NCBI RefSeq assembly: GCF_006740685.1
Contig: NZ_CP035425.1
Coordinates: forward strand, 131,687 to 163,686
Direction of reading: 5' to 3'
Origin: Candidatus Nitrosopumilus sp. SW
GTDB taxonomy: Archaea > Thermoproteota > Nitrososphaeria > Nitrososphaerales > Nitrosopumilaceae
DNA: 32,000 nucleotides
The notes below the pieces were generated by a model. The model was not told the origin of the DNA, did not search any database, and worked only from the letters and a program-made list of their open reading frames with translations. Shown piece by piece: positions 16,306 through 24,340 of the stretch (the stretch's first letter is position 1; the number at the start of each line of letters is the position of its first letter). A program made the position numbers and the translations under genes.

Positions 16306-17118
16306 ATGGACCAGACAAATTCAGTTAGTAAAGGCAAAAAACTAATTGTATTAGGATTTGTTTCCATTGCGCTATTATTCATAATTTATTCAAGATATCA
16401 GGATTCAGAATTACTAACACCTAGTGCAATTGAAGTGATTCAAAGAATTGCATACATCTTTTACATTGCGCTACTAGCATCATTTGGAGCAATTGCTCTT
16501 GGAATGTACAGATACCATAAAGGTAAGATAGAAAAGAATGAAAAAAACCTCTCAACAATAATTGCATTAGTTACTTGGAACAAAAAATCAAGAAAAATTT
16601 TCGTGGCAACTTTTGTAGGATATGGCATATTTTTTGCGCTTGTGTCAGGAACACTGGTGTATCAACCAGAAGTCACCTTTTCAATACATTACGGTGCAGA
16701 GATTCCATCAGGATTTGTTGCACCTTGTTGTGGGGAATTAGGATACATGCCAAAGATAATCATTTATCTTACTGAACATGTGGGATTACAAATAATTCCA
16801 ATAAACTTGGTGTTACAAGTAATTGTTTCATATTTAGTTGCATTAAACACAACAATTGCAATTAGCGCATACACATTTTCCAAACAAGGAAGTGGTATGA
16901 GTGGAATTGGTGCAATTGTAGGTGCATTTATCGCATGTCCGACTTGTGCAGGCACATTTTTCTCATTATTCATTGGAACAGCAAGTGGAATTGCATTATC
17001 TCTTGCATTAGCACAATTACAGACACTGCTAATTGCAGTATCAATACCAATTCTTTTAGTCACGCCATACATCATGGCAAAAAAGTTACGTAACCCTGAT
17101 GGAAGTTGCAAAATCTAA
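16306..17118 (+). CDS. Polytopic membrane protein with vicinal CC and intramembrane CPTC motifs
   Basis: 270 aa and about six TM segments, with APCCGELGYMP in a loop and FIACPTCAGTFFSLF in a TM helix. It starts 35 nt after the transporter gene on the same strand. Confidence 0.75.
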   Translation: MDQTNSVSKGKKLIVLGFVSIALLFIIYSRYQDSELLTPSAIEVIQRIAYIFYIALLASFGAIALGMYRYHKGKIEKNEKNLSTIIALVTWNKKSRKIFVATFVGYGIFFALVSGTLVYQPEVTFSIHYGAEIPSGFVAPCCGELGYMPKIIIYLTEHVGLQIIPINLVLQVIVSYLVALNTTIAISAYTFSKQGSGMSGIGAIVGAFIACPTCAGTFFSLFIGTASGIALSLALAQLQTLLIAVSIPILLVTPYIMAKKLRNPDGSCKI

Positions 17119-17119
17119 T

Positions 17120-17383
17120 TTATGTAAACCAGTGATTAAATTTCCTTACATGAGGACGTTTCCAGTTTCCAATATCATAGCCATCTCGTCGCAAAAACTT
17201 GAGAGTGAATTTGTAAATTAATTCATCATGATCAACTTGTTCTAAAATTTGAGACCACAAAACTCTTCCATTTTGTTCAATTTGATCTTTAAAATTAGGA
17301 TTAAGTGATTCTGCAATCTCTTTGCATTCATCAAGTGTTTTTCCGTTCTTGTACGCTCGAACACGTCTGTCACATTTATCCAT
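17120..17383 (-). CDS. Hypothetical protein
   Basis: 87-aa ORF with an ATG start. I recognise no family. Confidence 0.55.
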   Translation of the reverse strand: MDKCDRRVRAYKNGKTLDECKEIAESLNPNFKDQIEQNGRVLWSQILEQVDHDELIYKFTLKFLRRDGYDIGNWKRPHVRKFNHWFT

Positions 17384-17456
17384 ATTAATACAGAGTTTTG
17401 AAATTATTTTAATCTAATAGTGTTTCAAACAAATACAAGAAGAAAAGATAACTAGT

Positions 17457-17693
17457 ATGGGTATTAACAGCGCTTCTGAATATGTAGATTTTTTCATCAA
17501 TCTAAACATGGGAAAAGAGGTTAGTTTGATTAGTTTTGTAAACAATGAAAAACTAGTCTTGAAACAAAAATTAGAAAACAAGAATATTCCAAAAGAGCCT
17601 ATCAAAAAAGGAATAGAGATCTTAGAACAACTAGCAAAAGAGATTAGTGAAATGGGTCAAAGCAAAGTCATAGCAAAATATCAAAAACAGTGA
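17457..17693 (+). CDS. Hypothetical small protein
   Basis: 78-aa ORF. Its stop lies 5 nt before the ATG of the downstream winged-helix gene. Confidence 0.5.
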   Translation: MGINSASEYVDFFINLNMGKEVSLISFVNNEKLVLKQKLENKNIPKEPIKKGIEILEQLAKEISEMGQSKVIAKYQKQ

Positions 17694-17698
17694 AAATT

Positions 17699-18265
17699 AT
17701 GGATAAAAATTCAGAGATAATCAGAATAGAAATCATCAGAATTCTAAATGAGAACGGAAAAACCAGAGGTACCGAATTAGCAAAGAGGGTTATTGAAAAG
17801 GTGGGAAATGAAAAAACAGTATACAGAGAAATCAGTGCACTAGTAGAATCAGGAGATATTGAAAAAAAAGTTCACAGTAGAGCACATATTGAATATGAAC
17901 TAGTAAATCTATACGAGTCAGTAAATAATCAACTAAAAAATCTACACAGTGAAGTAAAGACAATTTATGATGAGATAGAAAACTTTGAGGCAATTAGTAA
18001 GACAGAAAATTTTTCATTTCATGAAAGACTAAGATCAGTAATTCATCTAATACAAATTGTTCAGTCAACTGATGGGATTATGAAACTATTATCATTTTAT
18101 CCAACATTTAGAAAAGACAAAATGTTTCCACAAATTAATAGAAAAATTGATGATTGCTGGCAAGCAATTATGACAAACATCTCACATCAACCAGAAGATG
18201 TGTTTCTAAATGAGGTTTTAGCAAATTTGAGAATTTCTCACATAGATGCAAAAAATATTAACTAA
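17699..18265 (+). CDS. Winged-helix DNA-binding protein with helical C-terminal domain
   Basis: 188 aa from the ATG (the track starts at GTG 17690). EIIRILNENGKTRGTELAKRV...TVYREISALVESGDIEKK has a MarR/ArsR-like wHTH layout. Confidence 0.7.
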   Translation: MDKNSEIIRIEIIRILNENGKTRGTELAKRVIEKVGNEKTVYREISALVESGDIEKKVHSRAHIEYELVNLYESVNNQLKNLHSEVKTIYDEIENFEAISKTENFSFHERLRSVIHLIQIVQSTDGIMKLLSFYPTFRKDKMFPQINRKIDDCWQAIMTNISHQPEDVFLNEVLANLRISHIDAKNIN

Positions 18266-18533
18266 AATTTTTTAGTTTTTCAATAATTACTTTGAGAATT
18301 TCTTCATCATCAAGAAGAATCAGTGGAAAATCATTTTCTTCACTTGCCTTTCTAAATTCAGTATCCTTTGTAACAATAATCAAGTCATTCTTTCTAGCAT
18401 AGTTGATAATAGAATAATCAGAACCTAATTTTTCTCCAGCCTTTTGTAATTTTCTAACACTTAGTGCATCATATCCGTGTTCTTTAAGACGATCATCCAT
18501 CCCATCTAGATTTTCATCAACAAGAATTTTCAT
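18258..18533 (-). CDS. PIN-like protein, DUF5615/Mut7-C type
   Basis: 91 aa. MKILVDENL...L..HGYDA..V......SDYSIINYARKNDLIIVTKDTEF follows the DUF5615 pattern (M.FL.DENL ... G.D ... D..I...A......I.T.D.DF). Confidence 0.7.
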   Translation of the reverse strand: MKILVDENLDGMDDRLKEHGYDALSVRKLQKAGEKLGSDYSIINYARKNDLIIVTKDTEFRKASEENDFPLILLDDEEILKVIIEKLKNFS

Positions 18534-18720
18534 AATTAAACTAAATTTGATTTCAATATTAGTGTAAAATTATCAAAGGCAATTCAGGAACACATGTAAG
18601 GCAGACTTTGAGAATACGATAGTCATACCCGTTTACTGCAGGATTTGATAGAATCCAGCAAAAATAGCATGACATGCATTGCAAAATCTATTTTTTATTC
18701 TGTTTTGAGCCCAAATATGT

Positions 18721-18900
18721 TTATGAGTTTATTTGCGTCAAAATCCTCTTTTTGATATAGCTACCCAAGGTTCCAGGAGAATATTCTATTCCGTGTTCTT
18801 TTGCCATATGATTCCAATATGAAAAAACTACTTGCTCCATTTCCCCATTTATTGAGTAATCACAGTCAAAACCACATTCGTCGCACCTAATATCGACCAT
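18721..18900 (-). CDS. DUF1059-like small metal-binding protein, 59 aa
   Basis: Not in the track. Translation is MVDIRCDECGFDCDYSINGEMEQVVFSYWNHMAKEHGIEYSPGTLGSYIKKRILTQINS. The C..CG.DC......G...E.V......H....HG pattern fits DUF1059. Confidence 0.6.
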   Translation of the reverse strand: MVDIRCDECGFDCDYSINGEMEQVVFSYWNHMAKEHGIEYSPGTLGSYIKKRILTQINS

Positions 18901-19044
18901 AAAAAATCATCAAATTAGTAGAATAAAAGAGACGTTAGAGAAAATCTAAAAATTTGTTTAGTTTTTTAGAAAAATTTGTATGAACATAAGTAAATAAGAA
19001 TATTAAAACACCAAATACTTATTTTACAAAAAAAAGACCATTTT

Positions 19045-19257
19045 GTGGACATAAAAGAAGAAGATACATCAAAAGAATCAAAACAAAAGCACATCAAATA
19101 TTTCAAATCATTGACAAAAACAATTGAAGATATCAGAGAAGAGGAAAAACAAGAAAATGATCCTGTGATTAAAAATCACCTTGAAAAGAGGATAGAAGCT
19201 ATGGAAAAAGATAAGATAAGAATTAAAGAAATGTTCCCAGACATTACAGATGACTAA
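19045..19257 (+). CDS. Small helical protein, YK...EEL..IK.MFPD family (copy 2)
   Basis: 70 aa with a GTG start. The C-terminus IRIKEMFPDITDD parallels DRIKKMFPDNFFEN of the ORF at 13412. Confidence 0.55.
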   Translation: MDIKEEDTSKESKQKHIKYFKSLTKTIEDIREEEKQENDPVIKNHLEKRIEAMEKDKIRIKEMFPDITDD

Positions 19258-19259
19258 AA

Positions 19260-19466
19260 ATGCCAACTCCAACAGAAAATAACCATAACAAACATTTGGA
19301 TTTACTACATGACTATAAGATCCATCTTATCAAATACATCAGAGAGTTAGAAAAACTGGATCAAAAATCAGAATTTGCTAAAAAATGGAACGAAACTACA
19401 ATCAAAGAAAGAAAGGAAGAACTCAAAGTAATAGATAAAATATTAAAAAATTTGATCAGGTTTTAG
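19260..19466 (+). CDS. Small helical protein, divergent copy 3 of the same family
   Basis: 68 aa, starting 2 nt after copy 2. YKIHLIKYIRELEK...IKERKEELKVIDKIL aligns ungapped with YKTISNQIKNLEK...ITKYQEELDRIKKMF. Confidence 0.5.
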   Translation: MPTPTENNHNKHLDLLHDYKIHLIKYIRELEKLDQKSEFAKKWNETTIKERKEELKVIDKILKNLIRF

Positions 19467-19807
19467 GATTGAGTTATATCATAAAGTTCGTTACAAAAAG
19501 AATCAAGATTTTTTATAGAAATGCCGTCAAACCAAGCAAGTTCAGAAGTAATGCTAAATCCCTGTAATTCAGGCTCAGAATTTGATTTTAAGAAGGCATT
19601 TTCATGTTTTACCATTTCCTTCAGTGTTTTCTCATCATTTTTTGAGAATTTGTAATTGCATGGCATCAAATCGATTTGAACAAAATAATTTCCATGTTGA
19701 GGATTAATCTTTGCTTTGATGAATGGTTTGTCAAATTGTTGGCAATTACGATAGTGTTTGTCATATTCAAACATCTTAGAGTCACCAAGATATTTTTGAA
19801 AAGTCAT
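19463..19807 (-). CDS. Hypothetical protein
   Basis: 114-aa ORF with an ATG start. I recognise no family. Confidence 0.6.
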   Translation of the reverse strand: MTFQKYLGDSKMFEYDKHYRNCQQFDKPFIKAKINPQHGNYFVQIDLMPCNYKFSKNDEKTLKEMVKHENAFLKSNSEPELQGFSITSELAWFDGISIKNLDSFCNELYDITQS

Positions 19808-19838
19808 GACTATGTAAAAACAAGCAGTTTGAGTTTTG

Positions 19839-20231
19839 TTATAGACCTATGGTAAGTTTTTTGATTTTTGTAATTAGTCTAATTTTTGTATCAATTGGCA
19901 TTTCAGGCTCCATTGTAAAGTAAATGATGTTTCTTTTGGCATATACTACCATTTGAGAAACTTTCTCTCTTTCAACATGTACGTATCGAACCTTCCCAAG
20001 AGACCTATCAAATTCTTTTCTCATAGCACGTCTTTGGGCAACTTGCTTACAAAAGTGCTCTTCTTCTTTTTGAGATTTGAGATTTGTTTTACCTGTTTTC
20101 ATGATTGCTTCTCGTATGTTACCTTTAGAGTCAATAATTGCAGCAAATCTCATTTTAGAATCTAAATTGATAATTTTTTGAACGGTTTCAAGAAGATCGA
20201 TTTTCTTTGCTGCCATACACAATGGTGCCAT
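19839..20231 (-). CDS. Hypothetical protein, possibly Roadblock/LC7-like fold
   Basis: 130-aa ORF. MRFAAIIDSKGNI...VRYVHVEREKVSQMVVY...IIYFTMEP loosely recalls Roadblock/MglB-type alpha-beta proteins. The family call is weak. Confidence 0.55.
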   Translation of the reverse strand: MAPLCMAAKKIDLLETVQKIINLDSKMRFAAIIDSKGNIREAIMKTGKTNLKSQKEEEHFCKQVAQRRAMRKEFDRSLGKVRYVHVEREKVSQMVVYAKRNIIYFTMEPEMPIDTKIRLITKIKKLTIGL

Positions 20232-20316
20232 TCTCAGGCAAATATAATCTAATAAAAATAATACACGATCTTAGAATAACTAATACAGGAAGAGGTTTTG
20301 CATACCTATAGAAAAT

Positions 20317-20934
20317 ATGAACAAACCGATTTTCAAAGTTTTAGAGGAATTAGAAAATCAATCATCATTAGAAAAATCAAGACAGGTAGATGTTCCAGCA
20401 GATGAAAGGATGTTAGCAATAACAAAAGAAACAGGTGAACTCCTAAACATGATACTACGCCTAAAAAATGCAAAAAATGTCTTAGAGGTTGGAATGTCAG
20501 TAGGATATTCCACAATATGGTGCGCTGAAGCAATTGTTGAGAATCAGGGTAAAATTATAACAATAGAACAAAACCCAAAAAAGATCAACAGGGCAAAAGA
20601 AAATTTTCAAAAAGCAAATGTGTTAGACAGTATTACCATACATGAAGGATTGGCAATGCAAATACTACAAGAGTTTAATTTGAAAGAAGAATACAAAGAA
20701 TTTTTTGATTTTGTGTTAATTGATGCTGATAAGGAAAATGTTATCAAATATTTCGAGATGGTTTTACCTCTAGTGTCAGTTGGAGGGGTAATTATTACAG
20801 ATAATATGCTATATCCTGAAAAATACAAAGAAGATATGAAAAAATATTCATCATACATTAGATCAAACCAAAATGTCAGAACAATAACATCACCGATAGG
20901 AAACGGTGAAGAGATAACAATAAAGCTAAGATGA
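20317..20934 (+). CDS. Class I SAM-dependent O-methyltransferase (caffeoyl-CoA OMT-like, family 3)
   Basis: 205 aa. It has the SAM motif VLEVGMSVGYST, the mid-protein stretch GKIITIEQNPKKINRAKENF, and FDFVLIDADKENVIKYFEMVLPLVSVGGVIITDN. Confidence 0.88.
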   Translation: MNKPIFKVLEELENQSSLEKSRQVDVPADERMLAITKETGELLNMILRLKNAKNVLEVGMSVGYSTIWCAEAIVENQGKIITIEQNPKKINRAKENFQKANVLDSITIHEGLAMQILQEFNLKEEYKEFFDFVLIDADKENVIKYFEMVLPLVSVGGVIITDNMLYPEKYKEDMKKYSSYIRSNQNVRTITSPIGNGEEITIKLR

Positions 20935-22374
20935 TTTTTTCTTTGTTCTTTTTACTGTTTTACTAGTAGGCTTTTTGGTAGTTTTAGTAGAAATCTTCTC
21001 ATTTAGAGATTTTAATTTCTTGTCTTTAGCAGAGATTTGTTGCTTTAATTTCTGCTGTTTTTCTTTTAGTTTTTGATTTTTTAGTTTGATTTGTTGCTCT
21101 GTCTTTTCACGTTTCTTTTTAAGAGACTCGTATGCTTTTTCTTCTTGTTTTAGTTGCTTTGCAAGTTTTTCTTGGGATTTTAGTCGCTCTTTTTCTTCTT
21201 TTGCCTTTTTAGTAATCAGTTCTTTTTCTTCAGATATAGTATTAATGAGATTAAGTCGTTCTTCTTTTGCTTTAATCAAATCAGCCTCTTTAGATTTTAT
21301 CAAATTTTTGAGTTTTTCAGACTCTGCAAATTTTGCTTTTTCTGCATTTACTTGAGAAACAATAATCTCGTAATCTTTTTTTGCATTCTCCAATTCATTT
21401 TGTTTTGATTTAATTTCATTTGCAATTGATGCCTGCTCAAGTAGACGAGATTTTTGCTCTTCAATCATCTTTGCAAGCAAGATTTGTTCTGTTTCAACTT
21501 GTTTTTCAATTTTCTCTTGTTCAAGTTGTGCTTGAACTAACTGTCTTTTTTGTTGTGAGAGTTCTTTGGTAATCTTTGTTTTTTCAGAATTGATATTTTT
21601 GATAATTTTTGTTCTTTCTTTTTTGACTTTTGCTAATTCTTCTTTTTGTGCGATGATTTCCTCAGATAGTTTTGTTTGGGTTTCAATTTTGAGTCTCTCT
21701 TCTTGAATTTGTGCTTCAAGTGTTGCTTTTTCTTGAGTTACTTTTTGCTCATATTCTTTTCTGTGAGACATTAATTGTGTTAATTTTGAGCGATGAGCAT
21801 CAATTTCATTTGAAATTAATTTTTGTTTATTGATTTTTTCTTCTTCTTTACGAATATCATTTGAAATCTTTTCTACTTCGGTATAATCAGGAGTAGCATT
21901 CCAACCTTTTGGCATTGTTCCTCGATTAATTTTGGGTTCAGATTCAGGTTTAGGAGGAGGGGTAGAGACAAATTCTGGTTTTTTTGGTTCAGAAATAATT
22001 TTAGTTTCTACTTGTTGTTGAGGAATTGGTTCATTAAGTTTTGATTCAAGATAGGCAGCATCAGAATGATACAAAGTTTTGTTATTTGAAATCATATCAA
22101 AGATATGTTGTAATCTTCCTGGATCACCGATTCCAGAATTGATTAATTCCTGGATTTTTGGTAAAAAATAACTTTCAGCAGAAGACTCTGATTTTTCTTC
22201 AAGATTGATTGGTGATTCTAGTTTTTTTTCAAGATAGTTTTGATCAGAACGATATAGATGGCGATTATTTTTTAGACATTCAAGTATATAGTATAATCTT
22301 CCCGAGTCACCATTTCCAGAATCAATTAGGGCTTGGACATTTTCAATTGTTTGAGACAGAGTCAATTGGGACAT
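20926..22374 (-). CDS. Long coiled-coil protein with two N-terminal 40-aa repeats, a Pro-rich linker and a basic tail
   Basis: 482 aa. Residues 13-52 and 73-112 are 22/40 identical. About 300 aa of K/E/Q heptad-like sequence follows, and the C-terminus is KTTKKPTSKTVKRTKKKSS. There is no TM segment or signal peptide. Confidence 0.8.
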   Translation of the reverse strand: MSQLTLSQTIENVQALIDSGNGDSGRLYYILECLKNNRHLYRSDQNYLEKKLESPINLEEKSESSAESYFLPKIQELINSGIGDPGRLQHIFDMISNNKTLYHSDAAYLESKLNEPIPQQQVETKIISEPKKPEFVSTPPPKPESEPKINRGTMPKGWNATPDYTEVEKISNDIRKEEEKINKQKLISNEIDAHRSKLTQLMSHRKEYEQKVTQEKATLEAQIQEERLKIETQTKLSEEIIAQKEELAKVKKERTKIIKNINSEKTKITKELSQQKRQLVQAQLEQEKIEKQVETEQILLAKMIEEQKSRLLEQASIANEIKSKQNELENAKKDYEIIVSQVNAEKAKFAESEKLKNLIKSKEADLIKAKEERLNLINTISEEKELITKKAKEEKERLKSQEKLAKQLKQEEKAYESLKKKREKTEQQIKLKNQKLKEKQQKLKQQISAKDKKLKSLNEKISTKTTKKPTSKTVKRTKKKSS

Positions 22375-22487
22375 ATTATTTGCCTGTGGTTGATTTTGTT
22401 CTAATCTAGTAAAAATAACTTTTTAAAAATAATTCACCTGTGCATAAATTTTAGGTGATTTATTAATTAGAAAATCAACTACCCAGT

Positions 22488-22718
22488 ATGAAGACAGGAA
22501 TTCCAATGATCCTTGTAGGAGGAGGCATGTTTTTGGCAGGATTGGTAATGTTTTATTCAATAGAATTAGGTCAAACAGAACCTACTCTGAGATTAATCAA
22601 GAACATTGGAACATTTGTAGGCCTTAGTGGAATTGGAGTTGGCGTAGCAGGGATTTTGCTATATCTGATTAGCCGAAACCAACCGCCAATTCAAGAAAAT
22701 TTTGAATCCAAAAAATAA
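22488..22718 (+). CDS. Small two-TM membrane protein
   Basis: 76 aa with two hydrophobic helices (IPMILVGGGMFLAGLVMFY; FVGLSGIGVGVAGILLYLI). Confidence 0.6.
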   Translation: MKTGIPMILVGGGMFLAGLVMFYSIELGQTEPTLRLIKNIGTFVGLSGIGVGVAGILLYLISRNQPPIQENFESKK

Positions 22719-22788
22719 CTTGAGAAATAATATTGAATTTGGAATATTGAGACAACTAAATTATATCACATCAATCTCAATTTGAGAT

Positions 22789-23214
22789 ATGACAGATAAA
22801 GTATGGATGGGTGCAATTTTTCTCAAAGATGAAGGAGGGTATGAGATTCTCTTAAAATCATTAGAGCATTATCGAAAAAGGTTAAGAACTATTGGACAAA
22901 GTCCAGAACTGAAAGATTCAGCAGCAATGTTTGCATCAGTTTTAAATCAACAAGCAATGAAAACAGTTCCAAAAATAGATGAAGTAGTTGAAAAGATCAA
23001 AAATAGCATCAATGACATTCAGGCAGTCAAAAATTTAAGTGCAGAAGTTCCATTTTTTGAAAAAGCATTGATGTGTTATGAATCAGATATTGACAAAGCA
23101 CAAAATACAGGGCACGAGTATTTTGTAAAACTAGTTGGAGATTTAGAAGCAGCAAGAAATGATTTAGATGTTATAAAAACAGCATTAAAGAAAATAAAAG
23201 AATATTCTGAATAG
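22789..23214 (+). CDS. Hypothetical helical protein
   Basis: 141-aa ORF with an ATG start. I recognise no family. Confidence 0.65.
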   Translation: MTDKVWMGAIFLKDEGGYEILLKSLEHYRKRLRTIGQSPELKDSAAMFASVLNQQAMKTVPKIDEVVEKIKNSINDIQAVKNLSAEVPFFEKALMCYESDIDKAQNTGHEYFVKLVGDLEAARNDLDVIKTALKKIKEYSE

Positions 23215-23216
23215 TT

Positions 23217-23447
23217 TCAGAGTCCTTGCAAATACCAATCCAAGTAAGGAATTAATGCTTTGCATTGTTTCTTTTTCTCAGATTCATCTTCAGCATCAGA
23301 GATTTTTTGTATTTTCCCATCAAGGTATTCAGATGTCAAATTACTCTTAAACTGAGGTTGAATTTGCTTTAAGACGTCAATAAATTCACTTGAAGGTGTA
23401 TCTTCAAAATTTTCTAAAATTTTAGAAACTTTTTCCTCTAATGACAT
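23217..23447 (-). CDS. Hypothetical small protein
   Basis: 76-aa ORF with an ATG start. Confidence 0.5.
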   Translation of the reverse strand: MSLEEKVSKILENFEDTPSSEFIDVLKQIQPQFKSNLTSEYLDGKIQKISDAEDESEKKKQCKALIPYLDWYLQGL

Positions 23448-23481
23448 ACCGATGATTCAAAGATATCCCATTATAATTTTA

Positions 23482-23712
23482 CTAGTCAAATACATCATCA
23501 TCATCCCAAGTTAATCTGAATCTTCCAGTAACTCGGAACATCTGAATTTTTCCACCCTTTTTGAAATTAAGTTTGTAAAAATTATGAGAAGCATCATCTA
23601 TCTCCAAAGAGACATTTTCTTTTTTTGTCTGAAAGATGATGGGATTGTTTGAAATTTGAGTCCAATCACTGTCATCAAAATCCATGTAAAATTTTGTGTA
23701 AAGTAATCCCAT
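23482..23712 (-). CDS. Hypothetical small acidic protein
   Basis: 76-aa ORF with an ATG start and a beta-rich pattern. Confidence 0.5.
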   Translation of the reverse strand: MGLLYTKFYMDFDDSDWTQISNNPIIFQTKKENVSLEIDDASHNFYKLNFKKGGKIQMFRVTGRFRLTWDDDDVFD

Positions 23713-23758
23713 GAATCATCTAAAATGAACCTGAATAAATAACTAAAGAATTTAGGAT

Positions 23759-24334
23759 TTATCTAGTGGATTTTTTGGGTACAATAACTCCTAGAAAACT
23801 GGTAATTGTCGGAAGTAATAATTCAGAATCCTTGTCGTGTTGTATTATTTCATAAACTTGGTAAATTAACTGTTGAATGGTCAAGTGTTCATCACGATAC
23901 AGTGTTTTTTTAGGATTTTTTATGGAATCTAGAATTGTAAACCCGTTATCGGTTTGAAGTAGTTGTTTCAAAAGCAAATTTGAGATGTGTATCTTTTCAT
24001 CAATGTCTTTATGAGGAAAATCAGTTTCTAGTCGCTTGATCTGCATTTTTAGATCATGAAAAGAGTTGTTTGTTGTTTGTTCTATGTGTTGAGCAGCTTT
24101 ATGGGCATAGTTTTCAGTAATGTGATAAAATTTCATGTTTTTTTCAGAATTTACAAAAATGACTTCTTTTTCAATAAGAGAATCGCGAGTCTTCTCAAAC
24201 GTGGTCTTTGCCATAAATTTTGGAACAACAAGTTTCAAGAGAGCATTATGGTGTAGTTGGGGATTTTCTTTGATGTGTTCTAGAATTATTCTTTCACGCT
24301 CATATGTCATTAGGGTAGGCTCAGATTGACTCAT
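23759..24334 (-). CDS. Winged-helix DNA-binding protein with helical C-terminal domain (same architecture as 17699..18265)
   Basis: 191 aa. RERIILEHIKENPQLHHNALLKLV...TFEKTRDSLIEKEVI is a wHTH, followed by a coiled segment and a helical C-terminal domain. Confidence 0.7.
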   Translation of the reverse strand: MSQSEPTLMTYERERIILEHIKENPQLHHNALLKLVVPKFMAKTTFEKTRDSLIEKEVIFVNSEKNMKFYHITENYAHKAAQHIEQTTNNSFHDLKMQIKRLETDFPHKDIDEKIHISNLLLKQLLQTDNGFTILDSIKNPKKTLYRDEHLTIQQLIYQVYEIIQHDKDSELLLPTITSFLGVIVPKKSTR

Positions 24335-24340
24335 TGTATC

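Noticed and set aside
18559-18675. 38-aa reverse ORF as a DUF433 antitoxin-like partner of the PIN-like gene
   Set aside because: Only a faint I.S.P.V.G...RI.V echo is present. The ORF is half the expected length, and the other frames show nothing DUF433-like. At best it is a decayed remnant, and I cannot support it as a feature.
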